Positions 50,678 to 61,075 of a DNA stretch of 64,000 bases are shown piece after piece. A model generated the notes under the pieces. That model had not been told where the DNA came from and searched no databases. It was given only the letters and a program-made list of their open reading frames with translations. Origin of the DNA: Capsulimonadales bacterium (GTDB taxonomy: Bacteria; Armatimonadota; Armatimonadia; Armatimonadales; Armatimonadaceae). The stretch lies in contig JANRLW010000014.1 of assembly GCA_033762295.1 (NCBI GenBank), positions 1-64,000 of the forward strand. The letters are read 5' to 3'. The position numbers and the translations under genes were made by a program. The first letter of the stretch is position 1, and each line of letters starts with the position of its first letter.

Positions 50678-52089
50678 AGATCCTGGTCCAAAAATTCGGA
50701 GGGACGTCGGTCGACTCGGAAGAACACCGGGCGATGGCTGCCGGCAAGGTCGTCCGCGCGGTTCAGGCCGGGTGGAAGGTCGTCGTCGTTGTCTCGGCGA
50801 TCGGACGCGCAGGCGCGCCGTATGCCACCGATACCCTGGTGCGCACCCTGAAGGACGTCGACACGAACGTCGCCCCCGCCCTTCGTGAAATGGACCTGAT
50901 GATGGCCTGCGGCGAGATCATCTCCACCGTCGTCCTGGCCCAGACCCTTCGGGCCAAAGGTTTCGAGACGATCGCCCTGACCGGTGGACAGGCGGGCATC
51001 CTGACCGATTACGAGTTCGGCAACGCCCGTATCCTGTCGATCGACCCCTCCTATATTATCCGGATGCTGGAGGCCGGCAGAATCGTCCTCGTCGCCGGCT
51101 TCCAGGGTGTCACCACCTACGGCGCGATCACCACACTCGGACGCGGCGGGTCAGACACCACGGCATCCGCGCTCGGGGCCGCGCTGAAGCCCCACGCCGG
51201 AGAGGTCGTTGTCGAGATCTACACGGACGTGGACGGCGTCAAGACGGCCGATCCGCGCCTGGTGCCTGACGCCCGACGGCTTGACCTGGCGACCTACGAG
51301 GAGGTCGCGGAGATGGCCCATATGGGAGCGAAAGTGGTTCATCCCCGCGCCGCCGAAATCGCCCACCAGTACCAGATTCCGCTCTGGGTCAAATCGACGT
51401 TCGCCGATGCTCCCGGGACGCGCATCACCTTCTCGGAGGAACTGGCCGGAGTCGAAGAAGCGCTCCGGATGCGCGTCACCGGCGTCACCCACACCGGGAA
51501 GATCGTGTACCTGCGCTTCAGCCTGCCGGAAACGGAAGATGAGGGGCAGGTCTGGCAGGACAAAGCCCAGATCGAGCTGGCATTGTACAAGATGCTCCAG
51601 GATGAAGGGATTCCCCTGTATCTCAACAGTACCGAGGGGAACGCCTTCTCCTTCGCCATCGCCCGTGAGCATCTTCCCCGCCTGCGTGGACTGGTCGACG
51701 GACTCGCGATTCCGATCGCCTTCGGTCAACAGGCCGCCGTGAATACGCCCGGCAAGCGAGGCAGGGTATACTTGATGGGGCTCGGTCCCCACGATCGCGG
51801 ATTTATCGCGCAGCGAACCATGCTGGAACGTGTCTCGCCTTATATAACGATGTACGAGGTGCAGGCCGAGGTGACCGAGAACTGCACGGTGGTTTCCGTG
51901 ATCGCCGCGCGTTTTCGAGGGGTGCCCGGAGTGATGGCGCTGGTCCTGGAGACGCTGGCCGACATCGGGATTCCCGTGTATCAAACGGCGGATTCGGAAC
52001 TTTCGATCTCCGTCCTGATCCCGGAGGCGGACGTCCCGCGCGCCACCCGCGCCCTGCACGAGGTCTTTTTGCCGGCGCTCAGCGAATAG
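50674..52089 (+). CDS. lysC: Aspartate kinase
   Basis: VQKFGGTS, VAGFQG, TTLGRGGSD, IYTDVDG..TADPR, GAKVVHPRA; PYATD motif is dapG-like. Confidence 0.93.
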   Translation: MKILVQKFGGTSVDSEEHRAMAAGKVVRAVQAGWKVVVVVSAIGRAGAPYATDTLVRTLKDVDTNVAPALREMDLMMACGEIISTVVLAQTLRAKGFETIALTGGQAGILTDYEFGNARILSIDPSYIIRMLEAGRIVLVAGFQGVTTYGAITTLGRGGSDTTASALGAALKPHAGEVVVEIYTDVDGVKTADPRLVPDARRLDLATYEEVAEMAHMGAKVVHPRAAEIAHQYQIPLWVKSTFADAPGTRITFSEELAGVEEALRMRVTGVTHTGKIVYLRFSLPETEDEGQVWQDKAQIELALYKMLQDEGIPLYLNSTEGNAFSFAIAREHLPRLRGLVDGLAIPIAFGQQAAVNTPGKRGRVYLMGLGPHDRGFIAQRTMLERVSPYITMYEVQAEVTENCTVVSVIAARFRGVPGVMALVLETLADIGIPVYQTADSELSISVLIPEADVPRATRALHEVFLPALSE

Positions 52090-52167
52090 CGACGAACGTT
52101 CAGGACCATCGGAACGATCAGGCGCGTTTCGCGGCCCGGCAACCCGAGAAAGGGGAAGGGTAACACG

Positions 52168-52695
52168 ATGCGTCGAACGAACGAAAGCCCGGCCGATCCG
52201 ATCGACGACGGGAGGGATCGGAAGACGGGGAAAACGACGGGGGAAACGACGAGCGGCACCGGAACGAACCGGGACGAGCGAAACGAGGAGGAAATCGCCG
52301 GGCGGTTCCCGGACATCGAAACCGATGAGCGTTTGAAGGTGTCGCGGGTCGACCTGCCGGACGCGCCGAAGATCGAGATCCGCCGACCGGTCTCGGAGGC
52401 TGCCGGGAATCGACCCGACAGGCCGGGAGCGATCGCCGACCTGCGTGGCGCGGGCGTCGGTTACATGATCGGAATCACGCTGGTGTCGTCGATCGTGATC
52501 GGAACCGGACTCGGCTGGGCCGCGGACCGGTTCCTGCTCCGGTCGACCGGGACGCCCTGGGGGTTGATCCTCGGGTTTTTCGCCGGAACGATCACCGGAT
52601 TCGTGCAGATGATCGCGGTCGTCAACCGGCTGAACGCCGAGGAGGATCGACGGAACGCCCGTGAGGCGCGGACCGAGCGAGGAGCGGGACCATGA
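52168..52695 (+). CDS. AtpZ/AtpI (ATPase_gene1) family protein
   Basis: G..LGW.ADRF....TPWGLILGFFAG...GF; first gene of the atp cluster. Confidence 0.8.
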   Translation: MRRTNESPADPIDDGRDRKTGKTTGETTSGTGTNRDERNEEEIAGRFPDIETDERLKVSRVDLPDAPKIEIRRPVSEAAGNRPDRPGAIADLRGAGVGYMIGITLVSSIVIGTGLGWAADRFLLRSTGTPWGLILGFFAGTITGFVQMIAVVNRLNAEEDRRNAREARTERGAGP

Positions 52696-53126
52696 GCGGC
52701 GATCCGGCCGGTTCGGAGTATATCGGCAGGACTCTGCGCAGCGCCCTCGTCGTCGTCGCGTTCGTGCTGGCGATCACGGCGTCGTACGGACAGGTCTGGG
52801 CGATCCTGCCCTATCTCGGAGGCTTCGCCCTGGCGGCGGTCCTGCTGGCCGGCATGGAACGGTTCATCCGGGCGGTGATCCGCCCGGACTGGCTGGGAAC
52901 GGAGATTGGCGCGGAGGCGAAGGAACGGCGGCGGCAGGTCGGGACCCTCTGGTTCCTCGGCTTCGCCCTGATCAAGTATCCGCTCGTCGCCCTGTTGCTC
53001 TGGTGGCTGGTGCGGGTGTGGGATACGCGGCAACTGATGGTCTTCGCCGGCGGGTTTCTGACCCTGCATCTGGTGATGGGTCTGCGGGCGATGGGCCGCG
53101 TCCTGACGCAGACGGAACGAAAGTAA
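52692..53126 (+). CDS. atpI: ATP synthase protein I
   Basis: Four TM helices; position before atpB. Confidence 0.7.
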   Translation: MSGDPAGSEYIGRTLRSALVVVAFVLAITASYGQVWAILPYLGGFALAAVLLAGMERFIRAVIRPDWLGTEIGAEAKERRRQVGTLWFLGFALIKYPLVALLLWWLVRVWDTRQLMVFAGGFLTLHLVMGLRAMGRVLTQTERK

Positions 53127-53301
53127 CGCAACGAAAGTAAACGAGCAGCCGTTTGACGGCATAGAATACCGGTTATACGCAAAGTATCGTTGACAGGTGC
53201 CGGACAGGTTCCCGGCGGACGGAATTATTTCACCGGCGAAGCGAAACTTCGCCGTGACGTACGATATAATCGCACTCGGTTATATTGCAGGGAGTACGAC
53301 C

Positions 53302-54240
53302 TTGCCGCAGATTACGAAAAAAGACAATCAATATATCGTCATCGCTCAGGCCGATCACGGAGCGCCGGGCGAACATACCGCGCCCGGTCAGCCTTCCGCG
53401 CCCGGCGAGCATACGGGCGGTGAAACCCACGCCGGACAGGGCGCGGCTCACGAACCCGTCAATCCGCTCAAGGAGTATCCGGCGCTCTACTTCACCTTCA
53501 TGGGGCTTCTGGCGCTCGGGATCGTCCTGCTGTTTTCGGTCATTACGACGCGGAACCTGTCGACGCGCACCCCGTCGAAACCACAGTTGCTCGTGGAGCA
53601 GTGCGTCGCCTCGATCCGTTTCTTCTGCCGCAACACGATCGGACCGGGCGGCGAGCAGTTCGCCCCGTTCGTCGGCACCGTCTTCGCCTTCGTTCTGGTC
53701 TCCAACCTGTTCGGCATCCTGCCGATGGTCGTCAACCGGGGGCACGAGGGCTACTTTTCGCTGACGCCCGCGCCGACCGCCAACCTGTCGATGACCTTCG
53801 CGCTCGGTCTGACGGTCTTTCTGTTCAGCCAGTACATCGGGATCAAGCGGAACGGATTCGCCGCCCACTTCGGGCATATGGCGGGACCGATTCCGGCGCT
53901 GGCACCGCTGATCTTTCCGATCGAGCTGATCGGAACGCTGGTTCGCCCGATCTCGCTTGCGATGCGTCTTTTCGGAAACATCTTCGGCGAGGAGACGGTC
54001 ATCGCAGTTCTGCTGACGCTGTCGGTCACGGCGCTTCCGGTGTTCGTGCCGATTCCGTTCCAGGCGCCGATGCTCGCCTTCGGCGTCTTCGGTTCGATCG
54101 TTCAGGCGGGCGTCTTTACGATCCTGACCTGCGCCTACATCGCGCTGGCGATCGGTGACCACGGCGACCACGAACATGGTCACCATCACGGTCACGATGA
54201 GGCCCAGGCCGGAGGGCACGCCGCAGCGGTCGCCCACTAA
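53302..54240 (+). CDS. atpB: F0 subunit a
   Basis: SNLFG, PTANL, RPISLAMRLFGNI, VQAGVF..L...YI; TTG start after GGGAG. Confidence 0.93.
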   Translation: MPQITKKDNQYIVIAQADHGAPGEHTAPGQPSAPGEHTGGETHAGQGAAHEPVNPLKEYPALYFTFMGLLALGIVLLFSVITTRNLSTRTPSKPQLLVEQCVASIRFFCRNTIGPGGEQFAPFVGTVFAFVLVSNLFGILPMVVNRGHEGYFSLTPAPTANLSMTFALGLTVFLFSQYIGIKRNGFAAHFGHMAGPIPALAPLIFPIELIGTLVRPISLAMRLFGNIFGEETVIAVLLTLSVTALPVFVPIPFQAPMLAFGVFGSIVQAGVFTILTCAYIALAIGDHGDHEHGHHHGHDEAQAGGHAAAVAH

Positions 54241-54337
54241 CTGTCAACGTCCTTGTTTCCCTGAGGCTGTCAATACGAATACCGGGCGGGATAAACCAAC
54301 TCTCCCGCCCTTAACGAAAATCGGAGGAAGTTAAATC

Positions 54338-54628
54338 ATGTTGTACGTTGGATTGCTGGCCCTCGCCGTGGGCTTTGGTCTGCCGATCGCGGTTATTGGT
54401 GCGGGTCTCGGACAGGGCCGCGCCGCCGCCGCCGCTCTGGAAGGGATCGCCCGCCAGCCGGAGGCCGCCGCGAAGATTCAGACCGCCATGATCATCGCGC
54501 TCGCGCTTATCGAATCGCTCGTCATCTATGCCCTTCTGATGTTCTTCCTTCTGCAGGGCAAGCTGCCGACCATGACCGCCGAGCAGCTGGTTCAGGCCGA
54601 ACAGGCTGCCGCGACCGCGCGCCAATAA
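54338..54628 (+). CDS. atpE: F0 subunit c
   Basis: [20 protein letters not shown]. Confidence 0.97.
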   Translation: MLYVGLLALAVGFGLPIAVIGAGLGQGRAAAAALEGIARQPEAAAKIQTAMIIALALIESLVIYALLMFFLLQGKLPTMTAEQLVQAEQAAATARQ

Positions 54629-54732
54629 TTCGGTCATCCGGACCCGATCCCTCCGATGGTGGGATCGGGTCCGAATCGGTCCGTGGAAACGGCCGCCGGG
54701 TCGGCTCTCCTCGACCAAATTAAAGAGGGACT

Positions 54733-55305
54733 ATGGATTTTGGAGCATTATTAAGCAACCTGAACTTTGATCCCATAGCCTTTGTTTTCAACGTCGTCGG
54801 TTTTGTGGTGTTGCTGGCGGCCGCCAACGTTCTGGTCTTCAAACCGATCGGAAAAGTCCTGGACGAACGAGAAGGCGACATCAAGACGACGTATGACAGG
54901 CTGGAAGCGGATCAGCGTCAGATGAACACGCTGAAAAGCGAATATGAACAGCGATTGAACCAGATCGAGGCGGAAGCCCGCGAGAAGATTCAGTCGGCGA
55001 TCAAGGAAGCGCAGTCGGCTCGCGATCAGATCATCGGTGAGGCGAATACGCGCGCCCGCGATATGGTCACGCGCGCCGAACGGGAAGTGGAATACGAACG
55101 CGAACAGGCGTTGCTCGCGATGCGCGAACAGGTGGTCGACCTGGCGCTCGGCGCGGCGACCAAGATCATCGGCGACGGACTCGACAACAAGCGTCAGCGC
55201 AAACTGATCTCCGAGTTTATCAACGCCGGAACGGCGAAGAACGCGCCGAGCGCGGAGAGCGTACCGGCCCCGGCGGCCACGCCCGAAACGGCGCAGGAGG
55301 CCTGA
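54733..55305 (+). CDS. atpF: F0 subunit b
   Basis: N-terminal TM helix, KPI.KVLDER, coiled coil. Confidence 0.93.
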   Translation: MDFGALLSNLNFDPIAFVFNVVGFVVLLAAANVLVFKPIGKVLDEREGDIKTTYDRLEADQRQMNTLKSEYEQRLNQIEAEAREKIQSAIKEAQSARDQIIGEANTRARDMVTRAEREVEYEREQALLAMREQVVDLALGAATKIIGDGLDNKRQRKLISEFINAGTAKNAPSAESVPAPAATPETAQEA

Positions 55306-55309
55306 CGTC

Positions 55310-55852
55310 ATGCGTGACGAATCCGTTGCCCGCCGCTATGCCGCCGCCCTGTTCGAAACGTCCCGGCGGGCCGATAGCCTTGCCGTCGTTCGAAACGATC
55401 TGAACAGCGTCGCCGCGGCGATCCGTCAGGTTCCCGCCCTCCGTACGCTGCTCCAGCAGCCGCTGATCGTCGAGTCGAAGAAAAAGGCGGCGATTCAGTC
55501 GCTGTTCACCGGCAAGGTGCATCCGTCGCTGCTCGCCTTCATGCATCTGCTGGTCGACAAACGACGGATCGACCTCCTGCCGGAGATCAACGACGAGTTC
55601 GATCGCCTGGTCAGAAATCACCTCAATATCGCCCTGGCGACGGCGACGACGGCCGTTCCGCTGACCGCCGACGAAACCAAACAGCTGACGCTCTCCCTGC
55701 AGGAGCGCACGGGCCGGACGATCGAACTCAAGACCGAGGTCGATCCGTCACTGCTCGGCGGTGTGCTGGTCCGGATCGGCGACACGGTTTACGACGGATC
55801 GGTCCGGGGCAAGCTGGACCGGCTGCGGGAGCATCTGCTCGCGCGTCGATAG
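55310..55852 (+). CDS. atpH: F1 subunit delta
   Basis: VARRYAAALF, VDPSLLGG...RIGD.VYDGS. Confidence 0.95.
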   Translation: MRDESVARRYAAALFETSRRADSLAVVRNDLNSVAAAIRQVPALRTLLQQPLIVESKKKAAIQSLFTGKVHPSLLAFMHLLVDKRRIDLLPEINDEFDRLVRNHLNIALATATTAVPLTADETKQLTLSLQERTGRTIELKTEVDPSLLGGVLVRIGDTVYDGSVRGKLDRLREHLLARR

Positions 55853-55901
55853 TCTCCCGCCCGCTCTCCACAAAGAAGCGGGTGCAGGAAGGAAATAGGA
55901 A

Positions 55902-57413
55902 ATGGCAGTTCGACCCGATGAGATAACAAGCATCCTCGAACGCGAACTGGCGATGTACCAGAGCGGAATCGAGGAGGTGGGCGTCGGCACCGTGCTTCAG
56001 GTCGGCGACGGCGTCGCCCGTATCTATGGCCTGCGCGATGCCGCCGTCGCGGAGCTTCTGGAGTTTCCCGGCGGCGTCATGGGGATGGCGCTGAACCTGG
56101 AAGAGGACAATGTCGGCGCGGTTATCCTCGGCGACGACACCGGAATCAAGGAAGGCGATACGGTCAAGCGGACCGGACGCATCATCGAAGTGCCGGTGGG
56201 CGAGGGCCTGATCGGTCGTGTCGTCAACCCGCTCGGAGAACCGATCGATGACGGCGGCCCGATCGTCGCCGCCGAACGTCGGCTTCTCGAAACGATGGCC
56301 CCCGGCGTCGTCGACCGTCAGCCGGTGAAGGAGCCGCTCCAGACCGGTATCAAGGCGATCGACGGGATGATTCCGATCGGACGCGGCCAGCGCGAACTGA
56401 TCATCGGCGACCGCCAGACCGGCAAGACCGCCGTCGCGCTCGACACCATCCTTAATCAGAAGGGGCAGGATGTCTACTGTTTCTATGTCGCGATCGGTCA
56501 GAAAGCGTCCACGGTCCGCCAGGTCGTCGAGACGCTGAAAGAGTACGGCGCGATGGAGTACACCACCGTCATCGCCGCGCCGGCCTCCTATCCCGCCGCG
56601 CTCCAGTACATCGCGCCCTACGCCGGCTGCGCCATGGCCGAGTACTTCCGGGACAGCGGCCGACATGCTCTGATCATCTACGATGATCTTTCGAAACAGG
56701 CCGCCGCCTACCGGCAGGTCTCCCTCCTGCTGCGCCGTCCGCCGGGACGTGAAGCCTATCCGGGCGACGTCTTCTACCTCCACTCGCGCCTGCTGGAACG
56801 CGCCGCGAAACTGAACAAGGAGAAGGGCGGCGGATCGCTCACCGCACTGCCGATCATCGAAACACAGGCGGGCGACGTCTCCGCGTACATTCCGACCAAC
56901 GTGATCTCGATCACCGACGGACAGATCTTCCTCGAAACCGACCTGTTCAACTCGGGTGTTCGGCCGGCGATCAACGTCGGTATCTCGGTTTCCCGCGTCG
57001 GCGGTTCGGCGCAGATCAAGGCGATGAAGAAGGTCGCCGGACGCCTCAAAGTGGAACTGGCGCAGTTCCGCGAAGTCCAGGCGTTCGCGCAGTTCGCCTC
57101 CGACCTGGACAAGGCGACCCGCGATCAGCTCAACCGGGGCGTTCGTCTGGTCGAACTGCTCAAGCAGGGCCAGTTCCAGCCGCTGCCGGTCGAGGAGCAG
57201 ATCATCTCCATCTTCACCGGAACCAACGGCTTCCTCGATGACCTGCCGGTGGATCAGGTACGCCGCTTCGAGGCGGAACTGCTTGCCTTCATCAAGGATA
57301 AGTACCCGGAGATCCCGGAACTGATCCGCCAGAGCAAGGACCTGTCGAACGACGGGACCGATACCCTGCGCAAGGCCATTACCGAGTTCAAAGCCCGGTT
57401 CACCGGTCGGTAA
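55902..57413 (+). CDS. atpA: F1 subunit alpha
   Basis: [36 protein letters not shown]. Confidence 0.98.
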   Translation: MAVRPDEITSILERELAMYQSGIEEVGVGTVLQVGDGVARIYGLRDAAVAELLEFPGGVMGMALNLEEDNVGAVILGDDTGIKEGDTVKRTGRIIEVPVGEGLIGRVVNPLGEPIDDGGPIVAAERRLLETMAPGVVDRQPVKEPLQTGIKAIDGMIPIGRGQRELIIGDRQTGKTAVALDTILNQKGQDVYCFYVAIGQKASTVRQVVETLKEYGAMEYTTVIAAPASYPAALQYIAPYAGCAMAEYFRDSGRHALIIYDDLSKQAAAYRQVSLLLRRPPGREAYPGDVFYLHSRLLERAAKLNKEKGGGSLTALPIIETQAGDVSAYIPTNVISITDGQIFLETDLFNSGVRPAINVGISVSRVGGSAQIKAMKKVAGRLKVELAQFREVQAFAQFASDLDKATRDQLNRGVRLVELLKQGQFQPLPVEEQIISIFTGTNGFLDDLPVDQVRRFEAELLAFIKDKYPEIPELIRQSKDLSNDGTDTLRKAITEFKARFTGR

Positions 57414-57429
57414 ACCGAAACGAATCCGA

Positions 57430-57467
57430 AAAAAACCGCCCGCCGGATCTCTCCGGCGGGCGGTTTT
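57430..57467. terminator. Bidirectional intrinsic terminator after atpA
   Basis: AAAACCGCCCGCCGGA-tctc-TCCGGCGGGCGGTTTT. Confidence 0.85.
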
Positions 57468-57493
57468 GCGTGTGTCCCCTCTCTTCTTCGACG

Positions 57494-58186
57494 TCAGAAT
57501 CCGTAAAGGCGGCGGATGGTATTGATATCGCGCGCCGTCAGAAGCCCGTTGGCCGCCGGTTCGTTCGGGTTCAAGACCGGCGACATCCGGTCGGCGGCGA
57601 CATCGCTATGGCCATGCGGCGGCTGATTGTCGATCAGTCCCAGGGCATGCCCCCACTCATGCGCCATGATACGCGCCTGCATCAGCGGTGAAACGGTCTT
57701 CGCCTGCTCGGACAGTCGGATCGTCATATCGACGATCGCGCCATCCTCGTACCAGGAGCCTTCGGTAACACCATGCAGGGTGTTGCCTACCTCCCGGAAC
57801 GTCACCTCGACATCGGCATCGGCGTCCTCGGTCACCCGGTAGGTCAGCCGTCCGCCGGTGCCGTCCTTCCAGGCATCCATTCCCTGCCGCAGCCGGCTTT
57901 CGATCTCGGGCGTGATTCCCGAAGCGCGATCGAACCGAACCCGAATCGGCAATCTTGTCCACCGCGGATAGCGGGAATTATAGTAATCGCCGGTCGTGAC
58001 CGGACTCGGGGTCGGCGTGGAGGTCGCCGCGGGCGTCGGTATCTGCGCTCCACTGCTGCCGCTCCGGGGCGAACCGCCCCCGCTGCCGCCGCATCCGATT
58101 CCCGGAACGATCGCGAAAAGCGCCAGCGCGACGGAGCAAACACGCCGAACAACCGAAACGCTCCGCGCCATCGACGTATGTGTCAT
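57494..58186 (-). CDS. Matrixin/M10-like zinc metalloprotease lipoprotein
   Basis: Lipobox-like GIGC, HEWGHALGL...HGHS, Met-turn DRMSP, L...D...I..LY. Confidence 0.85.
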   Translation of the reverse strand: MTHTSMARSVSVVRRVCSVALALFAIVPGIGCGGSGGGSPRSGSSGAQIPTPAATSTPTPSPVTTGDYYNSRYPRWTRLPIRVRFDRASGITPEIESRLRQGMDAWKDGTGGRLTYRVTEDADADVEVTFREVGNTLHGVTEGSWYEDGAIVDMTIRLSEQAKTVSPLMQARIMAHEWGHALGLIDNQPPHGHSDVAADRMSPVLNPNEPAANGLLTARDINTIRRLYGF

Positions 58187-58205
58187 GTATCCTTGCCTCT
58201 TTCTC

Positions 58206-58252
58206 AAACAAGCTGTGAAAAGCTTTGAACAAGCTATGAACCAATGGTGAAT
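58206..58252 (-). promoter_or_regulatory. Four phased (G/A/T)TTCA direct repeats upstream of the metalloprotease gene
   Basis: ATTCACCATTG GTTCATAGCTT GTTCAAAGCT TTTCACAGCTT; period 11, 11, 10. Confidence 0.55.
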
Positions 58253-58377
58253 CGATGATTTCGTCCGCCATTTATTTATTCCGTATTTCTGTGTCGATTC
58301 GCCAGCCCGGCGGGCCGGTTGTGGAGTCTCTCACCAATGAGGTTTGTCACACGTGCCGAGAACCGGGGAAAGGCGCA

Positions 58378-60681
58378 TCAGGGTCGCCGTTGCTCCGCCG
58401 GACGAAGGCGGACGCGCAGCGTAGCGTAACCGTCGATCTGAAAATGTTCGACCCGGATTTTATGCTTCCCGCTCAATGTCAACGGAGCGGTATACAGGGT
58501 CGGTCCCTGGTATTTCCAGGCATCGGCGATCACCGGTTTTTCGTCGACGAACACCCGGCAGCCATCGTCGGTGGTCACTTCCAGGAGATATACCCCGGGA
58601 TCGACATCCAGATTCCCTTCGGCTACGGTAGCGAAGTAATCCGCAGGGACACCCGGTCGGAATTTGCCATAGCCGGCGAAATCCAGTCGGTCGGTCGTAA
58701 AGACGGCCAGAGGCTCACCTTTCCGTCGTTCGTCGAAGGCGTCCGGCCGGGTTCGAGGGTCGCTTTTATCCTTTTCCCAGGAGTAAAATTGCACCTTCCA
58801 GTCGATCGGGGCGAAAAACGAGGCGTATCCGAAGGGGAAGGGCTTTCCGGCCGGAGTCCGTATCCCCCGGTAGTCCCGCGTCTCCCGCCCGATATATTCC
58901 AGGTCGATCGTCACGGCCCGCGCCTTGCCGGGGACGTTTTCGATCCGCGCGGCCACCCTGCCGGGAACCGTGCCGGAGGTCGCCGCCTGACGGGTTGCGG
59001 GATCGATCAGGCGGATACCCGGAGAGAGGTTTTTTACCGTCCAGCGTCCGGGCGGGCCGAGAATTTCGAAGGTGGTCGTTTCCCGGTCGACGGTTCGGGG
59101 ATGAAGCAACGGACGCCCGAAATCGTACGGTCCCCACGAATCGATCAGGATATAGCGGCGGCCCCGCAACGCCCCCGGTTTCAGGAACGGATCGATCCCC
59201 CCTTTCAGAGGCGTCGGAGCGAGCGTTCGGACGGTTTTGTCGGAAGGGCGAAACGGATTCCAGGGAGCGTCGAACCGTTTCCGGTAGGCTTCGGCATTCT
59301 CCTCCGAGGTGGGAAGGGAGTTTCCGCTGTCGGCCATCGTTCGAACGATCGGCGTCTCATAGGGGATTTTTTCCTCCCGGTTTTCCGTGAACTTCAGTTC
59401 GGAAACGTCCTGTGGATCTCCGAGAAGCGGGGTATTGACGAGAAGATTCCCCCTTATATATATGTCTCGCGAGCGGCGAAGATGAACGGCCGGTTTCGCC
59501 AGGTCGAAGAACGTATTCTTTGTAATTTTGTAACCGTGGCTTGCCGTATCGCGATGCTTCGGATAACCCCAGTTCGGGTCCTGTGTCGGATTGGCCCAGA
59601 GTCGGATTGCCAGATTGTCTTCGAAGAAGGTGTTTCCGACGATCTCGTTCGTCTGTCCGTGCTCGATCGCAACCCCTTCGGCATTCCGACCGAAGCTGTT
59701 GCCGAGGATTTTCGTATCGTACGAGTACCCGCCCCAGACCCCGTGCCAGCACTCCCATATTTTGTTATTGGCGAACGTGTTTCGTGAGAAGGTCGCTTCG
59801 ATACCGTTGGTCGGCGAATGAGAAAAGTCGTTGCCGAACAACAGGTTCCCGTTGCAGCCTCCCTGGCCGGTATCCATGGTGGTCTGTCCGGCCCAGAGGA
59901 AGAAGCCGTCGCCGCCGTGGGTCACGGAGTTGTAGGCGAAGATGTTGTCATGGCTCTGCTCATAGACGAGAATTCCGGCTGAGTCCTGGCCCCGGTTGTA
60001 GACGCCATGGGAATAACCGCGAACGCACCAGTCGATTCGGTTATGCATCACCCGGTTCGCGGAGGATCGGTAAAGGCCGAGGCCGACCCCGGAAAGAAAG
60101 GAGAAATCGTTATTCCAAACACGCCCCTGATCGCAGCGGGTGAGCATCAGGCCGCACTGCCCGCCTCGAATACGGCAGTTCCGGATTTCGAAACCACGAC
60201 AATCCTTCAGGTAAATTCCTGCGCCGTAGCGCAGCCACTCGTCCTTTTCGTTTTGATGAAAGCTCATCCAGTCCGAAAGGTCTTCTCGTTCGTCGGTGCT
60301 TGCCAGGCGTTGTTTCCAGTTGTCGGAAAGATCGGAATCGAGGACCTTCAGTCCGGGCGAGTTCTCGGCGAGGATGCCTACCTTATAGCCATGAACCCGG
60401 ACACGGCGCAGGGTGACGTTCCTGCCCCGGACCCGGATTCCGGTGCCACGACGCCGGTCCGGTTCGGTCGTTTCCGGCGTTCCCCGCAGTATCGCGCCAC
60501 CGAAATCCACCGTGAGATTATCCCCTTCAATGACGATTGCCGCGCCCGCGCCCTCCGGGGAATCGTCCGGAATGAGAAAGTTTCCCTGAGAAAAGTTAGT
60601 GGACCGGGTGATTTTTCCGGCGCGGGGAGGTTCTATGGGCAGAAGAAGGGAGGAGACAACGAGGGGAACGAGCAGAAACAT
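58378..60681 (-). CDS. Secreted right-handed beta-helix (NosD/pectate-lyase-like) protein with a C-terminal PA14 domain
   Basis: Many Asn-ladder repeats; C-terminal TTDDGCRVFVD..W..Q...G.H.IRVEHF (PA14). Confidence 0.82.
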   Translation of the reverse strand: MFLLVPLVVSSLLLPIEPPRAGKITRSTNFSQGNFLIPDDSPEGAGAAIVIEGDNLTVDFGGAILRGTPETTEPDRRRGTGIRVRGRNVTLRRVRVHGYKVGILAENSPGLKVLDSDLSDNWKQRLASTDEREDLSDWMSFHQNEKDEWLRYGAGIYLKDCRGFEIRNCRIRGGQCGLMLTRCDQGRVWNNDFSFLSGVGLGLYRSSANRVMHNRIDWCVRGYSHGVYNRGQDSAGILVYEQSHDNIFAYNSVTHGGDGFFLWAGQTTMDTGQGGCNGNLLFGNDFSHSPTNGIEATFSRNTFANNKIWECWHGVWGGYSYDTKILGNSFGRNAEGVAIEHGQTNEIVGNTFFEDNLAIRLWANPTQDPNWGYPKHRDTASHGYKITKNTFFDLAKPAVHLRRSRDIYIRGNLLVNTPLLGDPQDVSELKFTENREEKIPYETPIVRTMADSGNSLPTSEENAEAYRKRFDAPWNPFRPSDKTVRTLAPTPLKGGIDPFLKPGALRGRRYILIDSWGPYDFGRPLLHPRTVDRETTTFEILGPPGRWTVKNLSPGIRLIDPATRQAATSGTVPGRVAARIENVPGKARAVTIDLEYIGRETRDYRGIRTPAGKPFPFGYASFFAPIDWKVQFYSWEKDKSDPRTRPDAFDERRKGEPLAVFTTDRLDFAGYGKFRPGVPADYFATVAEGNLDVDPGVYLLEVTTDDGCRVFVDEKPVIADAWKYQGPTLYTAPLTLSGKHKIRVEHFQIDGYATLRVRLRPAEQRRP

Positions 60682-61075
60682 CGGCGCGCACTCCTGAATA
60701 TTCGGCGGTTTTTCCGTTGGATTTTATCATTCGAGGAGGAGAACGCCCGGCAAACAATTCCGGACCGGAAACGAGGATGGATTAATCCGGGGTGCCGGGG
60801 TATACTGACTCCGTGCGTTTCGCGGAGGCATTCCCCCCTTCCGCAGGTATCGTGATTCGGATAACGGACAAAGCGTTCCTCGGTGTGTCGCCCCAGGAGG
60901 CTCTCCGGACGGACGAGAGTTGAGAAGAGATCCGTCCTGTTTTGCTTGAAATCCGCTGCCATCGACGGCCCGTTCCCGCCGGACGAGGGCAGGCCAGTGT
61001 ACTGACAAATGCATCGCCGATGCAATCGGGCTTTTCGGCTGGGACTGAACGGGGGAATTTCGGAGAGCAGAGTAA

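Noticed and set aside
54338..54628. Possible Na+-translocating c subunit (Q...ES..Y)
   Set aside because: Motif is ESL rather than EST, so the full Na+ ligand set is incomplete; ion specificity cannot be called and H+ is more likely
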